From Octopus vulgaris (Eukaryota): a stretch of DNA of 64,000 nucleotides. The first letter of the stretch is position 1; each line of letters starts with the position of its first letter. A model generated the notes under the pieces. That model worked only from the letters and a program-made list of their open reading frames with translations, made no database searches and was not told the origin of the DNA. The stretch is taken from assembly GCA_951406725.2 (NCBI GenBank), contig OX597822.1:108438001-108502000 (forward strand). Direction: 5' to 3'. Shown here one piece after another: positions 14,000-28,457 of this stretch. The translations under genes and the position numbers were made by a program.

Positions 14000-14805
14000 G
14001 TCATGACGAAAACATTTTTTAAACAAGCACTCATGGGGAATTCTTATTTTCTAGATGGCTGGTCGCTTGACTCTTCAGGAGGAAGCTAAGATAGCAGCAC
14101 GCTATTAAGTGTGAAATTCCATTGTTTTTCTTCAGAGATGGTGGCTTGAATGGAAAGGTATGCATGAAAGACCACGTCCAGAGACAATAAAAATTTGTCA
14201 TGTAATGCTGATGGCCACGGGCTTAGTGAACGACGCAAGAAAAAATGACCATCCAACCACTACCTGATCAGGGGATATCGTGGCACTGTGCAGGAAATGT
14301 TTAATCTCACCCACCCAAAATTCATTACGTGAAGCAGCTCGTGAAAGTGAACTAATAAGACACAAAATATGTACTGAGTTGTATAAAGAATTGAATTTTC
14401 TTCCGTGGAAACTCCATTACTTGCATGAGCTAAAACCTGAAAAACTGTGGCCGCAGAAGTCCATTAGTCTAACAAGTCCATATCTCATTCCACGTGATTG
14501 TATTTGTGGAGTTACAGCAACGAGGTGATGTACAAGACAAAGCCTCACACACTGGATGACTTAGAGACACAGATTCAGGAGTTTCTCACTGATATCCCTT
14601 ACGATGTCCTTCAGAAGGTTGTTCACTCCATCCCTTGTCGTTTGAGGAAACAGGTTGAAGCCACCGGTGCTTGTACTGAAATATGAAGTTTTACTTTCAT
14701 TTTCCAATATAAGAACATGTATCATTTGTTTCACTAAATTTGTAAAGGAAATATGGATTTTATTACCAATTTTTAATACATCCTTACTTTTCACCCAGCC
14801 TGTAT
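14000..14805 (+). mobile_element. Decayed Tc1/mariner-superfamily transposon
   Basis: Broken frames give MAGRLTLQEEAKIAARY..., SLREAARES, PWKLHYLHELKPE, YLWSY..VMYKTKPHTLDDL..I...IP.DVLQKVVHSIPCRL; ends cacccagcctgTA. Confidence 0.75.
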
Positions 14806-15110
14806 ATAAATGGCAATTTCTGTCTGTCTGTCTAACTGTTACCACCTTAGTGCCTAAACCAGCGAACTAATATTCATGAAACTTGGAATAGATAATACAT
14901 TGACATTCCGTTCAATAAGAGACTAATAGGATATCGATAATAAACTATAATGTGCCCCAGCCCAGGACCTTTGGGCAACTTTTATGATAAAATTAAAAGG
15001 TTGCAAACAGTATTAGTTTGAGGTAAGGTAGTAAGAGAGAGAGGGTGTCTTATATAAGTAAAGGCGATAACAGCGGTGTCAATAGAATGACACCGCTGTC
15101 CGTAAAATTG
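14806..15110 (+). mobile_element. Helentron/DINE-1-like non-autonomous fragment
   Basis: (TCTG)n after TA start, tcatgaaacttgg motif, and a perfect 12-bp hairpin acagcggtgtca/tgacaccgctgt near 15070-15099. Confidence 0.45.
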
Positions 15111-17539
15111 TCATACACACATGACGCTGCATACACACTTTCGTAAATACATAGATACAACACACACATACATACATGTATACATACATAGATGGATATG
15201 TCTATACGCCATTTTAAACTCGTGATTACCTGTATGTACGTTTGTACATGTGCGTGGGTATGTGTGTATGTGTTTGTGTTTGTGTATGTGTTTGACGTCC
15301 TATAACTGTCTGTTACTCTTCTTTTGTAGGGCCTTTCGTGTTGCTGTCACATACTGGGACATTTTAAAATTACGTTAACATTTCTAAATTTGGTATATTG
15401 AAATAATTTTCCACGTTACATCCGGTGTTGTTAGATATCTATTTGTTCCAGAAATGTTGCATAAAAATGCTACTGAAGGGTTAAAGTTTAATATATTTTA
15501 CCTAATCAAAAAACAAGATTTGTAAGCTGGTATTTTCTGCATGATCGCTGTCTATCACGAAATGAAAGCATGACGAGGAAATTTTATTAAACAAACGAAA
15601 GCAAATCCTTATGATGACAAAAGTTGTAAGAACTTCTGAAGTGTTAACGATTGAAGTCATGTGAAAGGGTCGAAACGACATGTAAGAGATTTAAAAAAGG
15701 AAAAAACCTCAACGAAGTTTTTTGGTGAAAAATTGCACAAATCTGTCCTAGTTAAGAAGCCTATTACTGGACAAAGGCATGCACTGGCATGGAATAAATA
15801 TTTATTGTAAAAATTGCCTGGCAAAGACAGGCTATTCAGCTAGTATATATATGCACTCATGCATGTGCAAGCATGTATGAGTATATGCGTGTGTGTAAAA
15901 TTATGGTGTACTTCGGAGAGTCTGTCTTACTTCGGCGTAGTAGTGGAAACATTTTTACCCATTGTACCACTGAGTGCTAAGAAAGCTATGAAAGGAAGTA
16001 GGAATTACTGTGACATCTGACAGATGTCTATATGAAAGAAATGCAGCGGGAGAGAAATCGGAATATTCTGATTAAAACTTCATTTTCACGTTCTACGTTG
16101 CCGTGAAATTAGATTATCTTTTCGTTGCTTTGGCTGTGACTCATCAAGTGGAAATTGATGTACGTCTTGGTAATACTGTTCAGTATATAACAATGGGTCG
16201 GTCGAAAACTTTTAGAAAAATACTTACGGGCAAGCAGAGAATGTTCCACGTAAAACCGATCTCTCTGAAATCAGTGAATCAGATAGCTCCCATGCTACAC
16301 AACTGGGGAACATTAATAATTTAAAGTAACGTATGAGAGAATTTTATGAAAAATAATGTACACACACACAAACACACAAAAACACACACATACACACACA
16401 TATACACGCACGCACGCATATTTATCGCCTTGAAATTAAAATATTTCGTGATACTGGGATTATTATTGATATTTAATCGCTTGAAGTTCATACTGAGATG
16501 GTAATGTATTTCTGTTGGAATTGTTTAAATGATAAATATACGGAAGGTCGTGTTGGCTACATATTGTGTAGTGTGATAAGAATATAATATAACTTTATCA
16601 TATAATTGATATCGAATTATAAATATATTTTCAATGATCTCATTCGTTGCTTGAAATCTAATAATTGGAATCTAACATGATATATGAGAGGTAAAATACG
16701 TATCGTATTATCTGTAATGTTGTAGTTTAACCTGATGAAATATCACTAAATATCAAATTGATCCAGTAGTAAACCTCAGTCGTTTTCTTTCTGAAACATG
16801 TGACCTACGTTTTGTAAGACACTTGGAAGTGATTAGTGAATAATTCGGTGTTTATTTCTCGGTAGGCCGAACAACCTCGAGAACGCATCCTCGGTGGCCC
16901 GTAAAACGGAGATAATTTTAAACGAATTATACTTGTATTAATTTAAAACCTTTCAATTACGCAGATGTTATACTTTGGAGACACTGCCCGAGTGCCTGTG
17001 AGGGATATTCTAACACTAGTACAGGGTCACATAGAAAATATTTCGGCGACGTCCCAAATAATTAGAAATATACTTGTTTTTACTACAACACTATGTTGAA
17101 TATTCGTAATATGTGTAAAAGAAAAATCAATCGGAATTTGAAGGTAAATAAAAACATTGTATGTTATTTTATATTTATATTATTTTTACACCTACTCTTA
17201 TAAGTTTTAGCTTGGTCTAAAAATATTTTATAATGACACGTATAAAGGCTATATCGAACGATCCAAACTAAGATTTTTATCCATCAAAGAATCTTCATAG
17301 CTTGTCAGCACCAACCTATTTTGAGAGATGTTGTTTGTCGGGGAAAAGAAATTGCTTTTCATCCCTCTATACATCAAAATCTCACATTGAATATATAGAT
17401 ATAATAATGGAACCTTTTGGGAAACATATAAACATGAACATCGCCGTGTAATGATCATGACACCAATAACACAGCGACACACGTACGAAATGGTTAAGAC
17501 AATAAAGAACTCGCTCTATGCGTTTTATATTTTATCTTG

Positions 17540-17930
17540 TATTTGTTTCAATTATTGAACACACACGGTGATGGGGCAACGCGTTGATATATTTCGGTCG
17601 AAAGAATCGACACCGTTGCTAATTATTTATTCGGGGTGGTAGTTATTCCATCGGTCTCTTTTGCCGAATCACTATTTTGGGGAACGTAAACACAACACAA
17701 CTGGTTGTCAGGCGGTGGTGCAGGAGAAACAAACATACACACATACGCGCACACAGACATATACACACACACATACACTGATACAGACACTTGACAAACT
17801 TCTATCAGTTTCTGTCTATCAGAGCCACTCACAAGGCCATGTCTATTCGAGGCTGTAGTAAAAGGCACTTGCTCAATGTGGCTGAATCCAAAACTAAGTA
17901 GATTGGATGCAAGTTTCTTATTAAAGTTAC
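17540..17930 (-). mobile_element. Diverged family B SINE
   Basis: Reverse-complement similarity to 33277-33975, including the internal (CA)n tract. Confidence 0.7.
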
Positions 17931-18832
17931 GCCTGCTATCAATAAACTATTATATGAAAGAAAGTCTAAGAGACGAACCAACAATAATTCTACTGATTTG
18001 TTGTTATCTGTGATCGATCAGATTGATGGGGAACTCCTAGCACAAACTGAGATCCTCTGTTTTTGGATACGAAATGACAACTTCTATTGCGTTACAGCTA
18101 ATATTCATAAACAGATGGCGAAATAAACTTTGAAATCGTCAAACATATTCGGCGAAAAATCACTCAGAACTCTCTGGCAAATATTGATACACTTTGAAAA
18201 ATATTGGGCAATTAGATGGCCGTACTAAAAGACGGACAGCATCTCACTTCGGTATCTGGCAGTATCCACAATCTTAAAAGTAAATAATACTCGTGTAACA
18301 TTCCAAATTGCTATAATTCATCGCAATGCATGAAAATTCTATGGAGAGAAACCTCAGCGTATATGAATGTTTCATTAAAAATTGGATGTGGACCGTCTAT
18401 TGAGGTAATATGTTATAACGTACAGACATTATATACAAATTTATATTTTTTGTATATTTTAGCACTTGTACAATGAGTCTGTAACAAAAGATTGGTGTGA
18501 GTCCATAGACATGCTTGGGTTTTCTTCGAAAGATAATCTAAATCAGATTCGTATTTACCAAATGTGACGGATTAGTGCCACTATAGAATCGTTTCGGTGA
18601 TGTCGCTACAGAACCATGTAAACAAACACTCTTTGTTACTTGTCCGAGTGATCGACGAGTAATTCTGCTCCCCTACTCGAGTGGCTAGTGAGGGAAGGTG
18701 CCTGGACATTGAAAAATACTACAGACATGACCTATCGAAGTATAGATGAGTTCCTTATGGGCCAACTAACTGCCTGCCATTTGCGGAAGCCGAATGAATA
18801 GCAAACCACCCCAAAATCTTTGCAAAGAAAAC

Positions 18833-19008
18833 TTGACAGCTTATGTTGGTGTGTTTACGTTTCCGTAACTTAGCAGTTCGGCAAAGAGAGCAATTGGATA
18901 AGTACTAGGCTTACAAAGAATAAGTCCAGGGGTCGATCTGCTCGACTGAATGCGGTGCTCAAGTATGGCCGCAGTCAAATGGCTGAAACAAGTAAAAGAA
19001 TAAAAAAA
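18833..19008 (+). mobile_element. 3' half of a family B SINE
   Basis: Matches 33804-33960; tail gcggtgctcaagtatggccgcagtcaaatggctgaaacaagtaaaag. Confidence 0.85.
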
Positions 19009-19084
19009 TACATATATATATATGTGTACATACACACACAGACACACATACACACACATATATATATATATATATATACAGAGT

Positions 19085-19121
<37 letters not shown>

Positions 19122-21167
19122 TGAGAGTATGTGATGTAGTCTCAGGAACTGTCACAGACATGTAGATACACAGATTTATTTATCGGAATTATACACCGTA
19201 TTCTTTAAAATATTCATATGAGCGACCACACCGCTGTAGGCAGTGTCTCACCAGTGCTAGCGTCCAGTGAGTGAAACTAGTATATTTCGCTCTGCTTCAT
19301 AATGTAGATATTTGCGAGTATATTTTCTGAGACCTTCGCTTCCGTTATATGATTATTGCTTTCAAATTTTGGCTTCCGTTATATAATTATTAACCTCTCT
19401 TTCTGAAGAAATATCAAACACAGAAATTAACGCTATATTACTTGTCATACTTATGAAAATCTCTGTGTTAAGAAATATATAGAAATCTTTGAAGTTAGTG
19501 TAACTTTTCTTGTATAGATACCGATGCCTTATAAATCTTACTGCAAAATCAATCTGGGAAGTTTTGACTGTGTTTGGCAGGAAAAGTAAGTGAAGAATGT
19601 CGCGAAAATAAGTGTTGTAAAACAGTTGAAAAGCTATTTATATATACTTATATAGAGAGAATGGTATCGTTTTCTATTCCATTTAGAATAGACCAAATAA
19701 TATGCACATTGGTCCTGGTTCTACGTTTACAGTCATTCACATCTGACTGGTACATGATTAACATACTAACATGGATACTCACCAGGGCGTTTCAGGATCA
19801 AATCTGCACCGCGTTAATTGGGGGAATAATTCCTCAGGAGATGAAATTCCTTTTATTATACCACTGTTTAATCTGATGGAAAGTGAGATTAAAACGCAAT
19901 CGTAACACAGCAGCATATAGTGTAAACAAAATCTATTTCCAACCAGCATCATTCATCACTGTGTAGCAAATATTAACTTCGGAAAAAGTAGTGGATGACA
20001 TCATGTGAACCACCAAACTTTCATTCACATATGTGCCACAAAATTAATTTTGCCCAGTCCTAAATAACATTCCGAATAGCTTTTCTCTCTCTCCTCCCTC
20101 TCTCTCTTTCTCTTTCTCTCTCCCTCCTTTTTTCTCCTTCTGTCTATGATTTCCAACCGCATAAATGTTTGAGGAGGCGTAACTGTCTTGAGCGAAGTAA
20201 GCAATAATTACGTTTCGAAATTATAACCTTAAAAGAATTTCACTTCACTATGTATATATTAACAGCAAATTCTAACATTCGGATTAAGAATATTTGGCAA
20301 CGAGGTTTACAAATTATGAAATATTCTGAATTTCGCTTCTTTTTCTTGGGGAATAAGAACGAAAATAAAATGGTAATATACAAATAAAATCTACCTTGCG
20401 AGAACTATGTCTTGATTATGTGCATATAAATACGAAGACTTTTGAGAACAATGACTCAAAAGAGCTGCACGTTATTTCTAGAAGTAAAGTCCAATTAATA
20501 AAACATAAAATTATTTTCTGTAATAATTTTCTGCATTCCTTTTGCTAAATACATTTTCACACCGAAGATATTTATTCGAACAAAAGGTCTGCTCTATTAA
20601 GTGCAGTGAAAGAATATTAGTTTGCAATCATATAGGTATGAGTGGTTCTTTGAAAGATTATGAATACATACACATATGTGCTTCTATGCGTACACACATG
20701 CACATTCACAAACACACGTATGTATAAGTATTTATGACTGCGTATTAAGTACTTCTCTTACTCTTTCCATTTGTCAATATATCTATATCTACCTATTCAT
20801 CTGTATCAAACACTCTTCTCACAATATAATATAATTCTCAAGTACTTGACATACAACGGCTATCCTCCGATTTTAGCCAAACAACTGCGGCCAAAATCGC
20901 TAAAATGTGTACAATAGATAAGATGGTCCAAAATTGCAAGTCTGACATGTGCTTCCTTAAGCTTCTCTATTTTAATGACGGTACCAATGCTGTTATACAA
21001 CATGTGAACCACAGATGGTGCACACCGGCGCATCCTTGAGGCGATAACTGTCTTGAAATGGTACCACATCGAGCGGTATCCACTATCCAATTGCCCCAAC
21101 AATGACCTCAGACTGTGCAGGACAACATATTTTATAATTATATTCATAATTATAAAAAGGGATCGGT

Positions 21168-21546
21168 TTTATGCGTCACCACGCACCGGAAATATAGACG
21201 CTAAAGTATTTTTTACTATTATTCTCTCCGAGAATAACACACTTTATTCTAGGCAACCAAAAGGAAAATATTGAATCACTAAGGCTGATTAACTATGGAC
21301 GCGTAACTTGCTGTTACTCTTCAGCATACTATTTCGTATAAGTTCACGAGTATTTCAAAATATGCTCGCGATCAGCGTCATCGTATGTCCAATATCTATC
21401 CATACTCGTAAATATGTACTACCGGGTGTAATTCATATCTTTCTTTTATACCCACGTGTGCCTACAATAAAGTGTCTTATTCTCGGAGATTTTAAGGTAA
21501 AAAAATATGTTAGCGTCTATTTTTACGGTGCGTGGTGAGACATAAA
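21168..21546. mobile_element. MITE with about 88-bp imperfect terminal inverted repeats
   Basis: tttatgcgtcaccacgcaccg...ccgagaataacacactttattctaggca is mirrored by tgcctacaataaagtgtcttattctcgg...cggtgcgtggtgagacataaa. Confidence 0.8.
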
Positions 21547-21649
21547 TTCAACTCCTTGTTATAATTATGTATATAATTATAAAATATTTTGTAAAAGTTA
21601 CGTATAAGGTTTTTATTTCCTCACTGGCTGCCTCGTAAAATTATTATTG

Positions 21650-21892
21650 ATTTTACCCTTCATTATTAAAATAATATTTGAATGTGACCTCGTGAGTACC
21701 GCTGTCGATTTTTTTCCCTCTGTCTTCCCTTCTCGGGATCTTTCCGTCTCCTATGTTTCCGAAGAAGAGCTCCGCTCGAAACGTTAAACCCTCCTTCTTC
21801 CCTTCTTTCCTGAGCGTCCAATAATACTTTATCTGTTCCACGTCCTCACGTTGCTGTGTTTTTTTGTTTTTTGTGTTTTCTTGTTTGGATTA

Positions 21893-21897
<5 letters not shown>
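21650..21897 (+). mobile_element. PLE pLTR-like mini-element ending in (TA)n
   Basis: Contains a hammerhead at 21755. Downstream cctgagcgtccaataatac is similar to reverse complements at 33540-33560 and 39755-39775. Confidence 0.7.
21755..21789 (+). ncRNA. Minimal type I hammerhead ribozyme (PLE type)
   Basis: gttt CCGAAGA a gagc-tcc-gctc GAAAC GTT aaac: stems I and II fully paired, palindromic AACGTT stem III, U4C core variant. Confidence 0.75.
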
Positions 21898-21948
<51 letters not shown>

Positions 21949-21954
<6 letters not shown>

Positions 21955-22570
21955 GCGAAGGGTAAATTGTCACCAATTTGCCGTTTTTTAATATTTTATT
22001 TAGCGAATGCGCATTGTTTATTTTAGATTTTGTCGTCTGCACAGTATATTAGAGTCAGTTTCGCATGTCTGTGTGGTGAGAAAAAGATCACCATGGCGCA
22101 ATTTTCTCTGCTAGAAATTTGGAAAAGTCATGCTGTGCGGCTTTGTATTCGCGCTGGAAGCTGCAATTCAAACTTTTCAGATTGTTGAATGTGTAACTGA
22201 GTCCCCAAAACATGTACCATCAGTGACAAAAATCAGGCATCCAATCAAAATCATGGTGTTTGGAATGATCATAGTAATGACGAAGTTATGCCTCCATTCA
22301 TCTTCTCACATGGCCTCAAACTCACACGGAGGCCTACATCAAGTGACTGGAGGATTTAGTGCTGCCATTGGTCAAGAGGGTGGCTGCTGGAAGACACTGG
22401 TTGGCAACAGGACTCTACACCATGCCACACATCCTGTCACCTAACTCCCCAGACTGCAACTCCCTTTATTATGTGTGGGGTGCAGTTGAGCAAGAGATCA
22501 ACAAAGCAACAAAAATGACCTGAAAGCCGGCATCATGGCAGCAGTCAACAACTTTAACAAAGAGACTATC
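21949..22570 (+). mobile_element. Internally deleted Tc1/mariner (maT-like) transposon
   Basis: Starts TA-gggtg. Fragments read HPIKIMVFGMI, VMPPFIFSHGL, QQDSTPCHT, PNSPDCN..YVWGAVE. Confidence 0.75.
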
Positions 22571-22639
22571 TTTAATTCTCTAACAATTATATATATATAT
22601 ATTTGTTAATGAACACTTAAACGTTAAGGCAAGGTAAAC

Positions 22640-23460
22640 ATATCAGGTTATATACATTATTATTATTGAAAACAAAATCAATCTTACAGCTGTTTATGGG
22701 ATACCCCAGAAACAGCTGTGAGTGAGGGTACGTGTTAATATGCATGTGTCTATGTATGTGGGCGTGTGTGAGTAATGATTATCCTGAGTCATGTTTGGGG
22801 AGAGAGATAAAGGGAGAAAAGAAAGAAAGAGTGGAGGAAAGAAAAACACAAGGAGAAAGTTGTCTTTTTCAGGACTGGTTCAAATTGTATTGTATTTTTA
22901 GTCAGTTGTCAAGTTACCCAGCTGTCGAATGCGTTATCTCTTCAATATTTGTTGAAAGGAAATATTTTGAATCTATTTTTCTACCCATTTACCGATTCTT
23001 ACTCGGCTCAGTCTTGCGTGGTGCCTTTTGCCTGATATGTTATCAGCGGACTCTGGCATTTTGGCAAATGGAATTTTTGACTTTGCTAATATTATTTTAT
23101 TTGCATTGTGGGAGGCAATGCAGTGTATAAGATTCTGTGTCTTGCAGTTCATATCTACATTTACTTGCAAGGAGAATTCACAATGAAATTTTATGTAGGA
23201 ACCGGTGTACAAATATCTGAAGTTACTGTTACGCATTCCACATTTGTTATCTCTACAGTCCTTCACGGAAACTCTGATGTGAATTTTGCCCTCGTGACAT
23301 GTTTTTTGTAAAGATTATTTTTGTCTGACGGTTACTGTTTCGTATAAAGATTTCATGAATCAGACTTTTCATTTTGGAGCTTTGTAAGTGTTGGTAGTTT
23401 GATTTTATAGTGAGGAATATGTTAATCAGTGCTTGTGTTAAATACAGAGCCCTTTCAACT
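22640..23460 (-). pseudogene. Decayed Penelope-like element (linker, Cys-rich region, GIY-YIG N-terminus, Neptune-like)
   Basis: Minus-strand VTRAKF..., KDCRDNKCG...VDMNCKTQNLIHCI. Hammerhead half-sites (tacagctgttt, gaaacagctgt) lie near its 3' side at 22685-22720. Confidence 0.65.
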
Positions 23461-24787
23461 ACCCCTGAAAAGACCCTTTCCTTCCTTATTTCCTTCCTTC
23501 TTTCCTTCCTTGTTTTGTTTGTTTGTTTATATCTTACTTTGATTCATTGTTTCCTTCATTCTTTGCAGAAAGAAATAAAGAAATGTTAGAAGCCAGATGG
23601 GATGAAATTGAAAATAAATGTATGAGGGTATGTATGGAAGGGCTTGCTAACGTTCCTTCTCCTGGAAACAGCTGCAAGTGATCCCAATTTATTTTGTCGA
23701 CCAGCATCACGACATGGAGCTAAGATGACTCGCTCACTAAGACATTAAGTATTGCTAAAGTTTTGTGCATGTTTGGAAACACATGTATTTTGAGATCATT
23801 TAGAGTTGGTACCATCTCACCACAGGGACGCTTGAGTTGCAGTGGGAATTCTCCATATAAATGATAGCAAAGTGTGTATGAAATGAAAGTAAACTCCTGG
23901 TTCAGTGACAGATCGTTGAAGCTAGTAAAGTTTTAAAGTTTTTGGTCCAATATACTATCTCTTGTAATTAAATACTGAAAAAGAGAGAAACTGGCACCCT
24001 CTCTTTTGCAAGAGAAATTAAGTTAGCTTGGCTCGTGTAGGGTACATGACCTCGCATGTAACCCTTTCCAATGTCTAATATGCACATGGGTCTTTATGGA
24101 GGGGGTATTATTTCGCTACAAGCAGCATAGTTATCAAACTCGATCATATGGGATATGATTGTTCGTGGATTTCCGTAAAAAAACTTTTTATCTCTTTACT
24201 TTCTTTGGACGGCGACATTTGCTTTGATGTGAGAGGAGAAAGTGAAGGTGTGTGTGTATGAATATATTTTTGTATGTATGTGTAAGTGAAACACTCACAT
24301 ACCCACGTTATCGTTCACATACACGTGCATGCATAAATACATATGCATACATCTTTATCATATGTGTGCGTGTGCGTGAGAGATATTGAGAACGCGAGAG
24401 AGAGTGAGTGACAGAGAAAGTGCAACTTATACATAATAACACGCATTCTCTCCCTCACTCTCTCTCTCTCTCTCTCTCTCACATGTCCATCTATCACTGT
24501 CTACTCGCACTACAAAGCAAATATCTGCTTATCGCTTTCTTCTCTCTTTCAATCACTTCTCTCGAGTTAACGATAGAATTCCATGGAGGGTGAGTAACAG
24601 GATGGTTAAGGGGAATAGTCAGGAGAGGGGAGGAGGAGGTTTGAAGGGGTGGTTTGTGATCTCTTTTCCTGTTTGCCCTCTGGTGTAATTGAGAAAGTTA
24701 TAGGATAGGGTAAGAAGGGGCCACATCCCCCACTGGGAGGGAAGGTGTGCCCCCCTTCACTTCTTTGCCGGCTAGTATGTAATGATA

Positions 24788-25110
24788 GTTATCAGTATAC
24801 AATATTTTACAATCTCTATCCAGGTATAATTACTCACATATGGTTTGAAATAGAAATATCCAGTGTTAATAAATCGAGTTTCTCCAAGAATATTAAATAT
24901 AAATAATGTAAGTTATCAGCGTATAATATTTCGTAATCTATCTCCAAGTATAACTACTCACATCGAATTTAATGGGAAATGTCAAATATAAGGCAAGTTG
25001 TTCCAAAAATATCCAAAATATGTATTGGAAGTTTATCAAGATATAACATTTTCTAATTCCTGTCACAGTAGAAATAGTCATATTGGATTTAAATATGAAA
25101 TGTCGAGTGT
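24788..25110. repeat. Three diverged tandem copies of an about 120-bp unit
   Basis: Units begin gttatcagtatacaatatttt, gttatcagcgtataatatttc and gtttatcaagatataacatttt. Confidence 0.65.
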
Positions 25111-25359
25111 ACTTTAGCTAACTTTATTAAGTCCATCCAACGACCATTATTTGAATAACTCATGGCGATATCTCTAACTTATGTCAGAAGATATTGAACC
25201 TCAAAATTTATTAAGTTTATCGTATAAATTTAAATATATTCTACAGTGTATATTGCCTAAAGAACTGAATGAATGGATGACTTATGAGAATGTAATAAAG
25301 AGTGTTCGTCATCGAAAATATAGGAATGATCTGAAAAAAAATGTCGTATTGAGTACAGT

Positions 25360-25790
25360 CCCCTAAATGGCCATGGGCCAAAATTTGCTCCCCTTCCCTC
25401 AGGACCTTACCAGTGTAATGAAAAACCTTCATGCCAAATTTGGTACAGATTGATCCAGCAATGTTGCATGCTAAAAATTTGGAAAAGAGTAAAAAAAATT
25501 TAATTTAGAGTGGGGGATTTATTTTGCACATTCGGAAAGTCCGTTATCGAAAAGAGGAATCCGCCGTAACAAAAAAAAAAAAGAATAGAATCGGAAGGGT
25601 CGTATAGGGGTGAAGCCTACTTCCCCTAAATGGGAAAGAGCAAAAATTTGACCCACCTAAACCCTTCTCAGAATAATGAAAAACTTTCATACCAAATTTG
25701 GTACTGTTTTCTCAAGTAGTTTGGCCGCAGAGAGAGAAGGTACACATATACATACACACACAATCACACACAGAGACAGTGAAATTTATA
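25360..25790. mobile_element. Helentron/DINE-1-like element with internal duplication
   Basis: ccctaaatgg...caaaatttg...atgaaaaacYttcatRccaaatttggtac occurs twice (25361, 25624), followed by agtagtttggccg, a CA-rich tract and tttatatata. Confidence 0.55.
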
Positions 25791-26148
25791 TATATATAAA
25801 GCTGAAGTTATCTATGTATGGCAGGTTTGGTATCCTTCAACTAAAATCATCTCCAAAATTGAGAGTATGATAGAAGAAGGCTTGGTCGTCCTTCCGTATA
25901 AGAAAAACTGCAAATCGGACTATGTTAACACGAAAAATTATTTACATCAAAAAGGTGCATTTTTTTCTATGAAAATCCCTATTTTGTAAGATTTTTGACT
26001 GCTGTATCGCCATGTCTCGGTGTATTTCAACAAGAAAAAGGTTCATTCAAAGAGAATAACAAGCTACATAATGAACATTTTTACTTTTCAAAAATTCCAA
26101 TTCTAAAGGGTCGAAACAAACCCGAGCAACGCCGGGCGATACTGCTAG
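25790..26148 (+). mobile_element. Non-autonomous Helitron-like element
   Basis: Paralog of 13396-13765; subterminal hairpin cccgagcaacgccggg and 3' CTAG. Confidence 0.8.
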
Positions 26149-26170
26149 TATATATATATATATATATATA

Positions 26171-26268
26171 TATGCGGCCATGCTGGTGCACCGTCTTAAC
26201 GTTTAATCGAAGAAATCCGCTTCAGGACTTATTCTATGGAAGCCTAGTACTTATTCTATCAATCTCTT
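26171..26268 (-). mobile_element. Family B SINE 3' fragment
   Basis: gcggccatgctggtgcaccg...ggacttattct...aagcctagtacttattctatc is the reverse complement of the family B tail. Confidence 0.7.
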
Positions 26269-26974
26269 TACATAGAGATATTATTATTTAAAAACATTCA
26301 AATTCATACATAAACTTTTCTATCTACAGCTGTTTCCATACACAATACTTTAATTTCAGTAATAAAATTCCATGTTCAAAATCAGTATAATCCTCAGGGA
26401 GAATATCAAAAGTAAGTTATTTAACAACGTATAGGCTAAGCTACGACAAACGCAAAGTGTCTTTTTTTTCTAAACGCAAGTATTCCATAGAAACCGACAT
26501 TGCCACGTATATACAAAATAGACACGTTCCAGACATCATCGCTTGTGCTTGTATGATACAAAATAGTTCATTGATGGCGTTATGATAGTTAAGATATAGA
26601 CATTCAGAGCGAAAACGAATGGCGGAGAAAATTAGTAAATAGGTGAGAACCTTGTAGATTAATTATTAAGGAGAGAGCAGCTTGACACATCAATTCGTCG
26701 AGCATATGCCTGTCAATAATATTACAGATTAATAAAATATATCATGTCAAACTCCACCCTACTCCATCCAAAATTGCTACGTCAATCAATGTTTACTCAA
26801 ATAAACGCTCTATACTATCAAGGAAACACAAACAGAATCCACATATTGCCAGATTCTACCTACAGAAAATCAATATATATATAAAAAAAAAAACATATGT
26901 ACGTATATTTTTATCCATTTCCATCATTTTCTTCTTTAAAATGCTTTATTCAAAAGCCTGTCTCCTTGATAAGC

Positions 26975-27092
<118 letters not shown>

Positions 27093-27564
27093 TAGATAGA
27101 TAGATAGATAGATACTTATATATACACACTTGTACACATACTTATATCATATAGAGAGATTATACAAGAAATCATTACTCTAAATAAAGCAATGTTAGTA
27201 CCCTTTGTACTAAAATCTTCCAATTACATTGTCCTTCTCTTTGAATAAAAATATGCTGCTGAACATATTCAGTTTACATTTTTGATAATATATAACGACC
27301 ACAAACACACTCAAACATATAAATATCGACTCGCACATCTGTATCTATTTATGCATGCATGTATATATTGCGTGTAGTGATTAAAATTGTTTTCCATGTT
27401 CATCTGTTTTAATGCGTTCAATATTGATCAAACTGCACGTCTGCAACAAAAAGTGCGAAGTGATAGGTGCAGAAAGAATACTAGATATATGTGTATGTTT
27501 ATCTATCTATCAATTCCCCCTCTCTGTCTCTCCCTCTCCCTTCATCTCTCTCTCTCTCGTTCTT

Positions 27565-27640
<76 letters not shown>

Positions 27641-28010
27641 AGTAAATGCAAGTATAAGCAAGTTAGGCAAGTCTATATACAAAAAATGTTTATATAAGTG
27701 AGTGTGTACATGTGTGTGCTTGTTGATTGATACTAAGATAAAGAAATGTACACAATCATGTATAGTTACGTATTTACATATATACACCGACTGCACACAT
27801 TTGCATCCCCGTGTTTCAATTTCGTTTGAAACAATATATTTTTCACTCATACTACCGATATAAGGACATTATTTAAATAACCTATAATTTCCAACGTAGA
27901 TCAACTTCAATTATTAATTGTAGAAAATTTCATGCATCCATACATACATACATACATGCACACATGCACACCCCACACATACACTTATATATGTATTTAT
28001 ATATGTATAT

Positions 28011-28228
28011 ACACGGGTTGGTGTTGAAAAGTTTGTGTCTTTGACTAAAAGAATTCAGAAGGATCAGATCATTATGATTTTATTCAACATATTCCCTGAC
28101 ATATTTACACACTCTATTGCAGAAGATCTTCAGTTTCCTAAGCCTTGCAAAAGAAATCGGAAGGTTGGGCATCTAACAAGGCCTTTCACGGTATCCTTAA
28201 ACCCAGGAAATTTTCAGCACCCCTGTGT
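28011..28228. mobile_element. Mariner-derived MITE
   Basis: Imperfect TIRs acacgggttggtgttgaaaagttt and aaattttcagcacccctgtgt; internal minus strand loosely resembles a mariner transposase C-terminus. Confidence 0.65.
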
Positions 28229-28373
28229 GAGTGTATGTGTGTGGGGGATGTGTTTCTATATATACATGTATATAAGATGTTGTGGTCATTTACTGGGATG
28301 AAATATGGTTATCAAGACAATATACCATAACCGCTCGACAACTGTTTACATCTCGTTCAGAGATTTATTATTG

Positions 28374-28415
<42 letters not shown>

Positions 28416-28421
28416 ATATAC

Positions 28422-28457
<36 letters not shown>

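Noticed and set aside
18160-18230. LIHFEKYWAIRWPY resembling a GPCR DRY region
   Set aside because: Stops on both sides and no hydrophobic transmembrane segments nearby.
20860-21147. Transposase-like ORF
   Set aside because: No convincing DDE/D motif.
24788-25110. CRISPR-like or coding repeat array
   Set aside because: Eukaryotic context; these are diverged tandem units with no constant repeat plus unique spacer and no ORF.
26322-26400. Complete hammerhead on the minus strand (CTGAGGA...GAAAC-AGCT-GTA)
   Set aside because: Stem I does not pair and the stem II register is off; kept only as a half-site.
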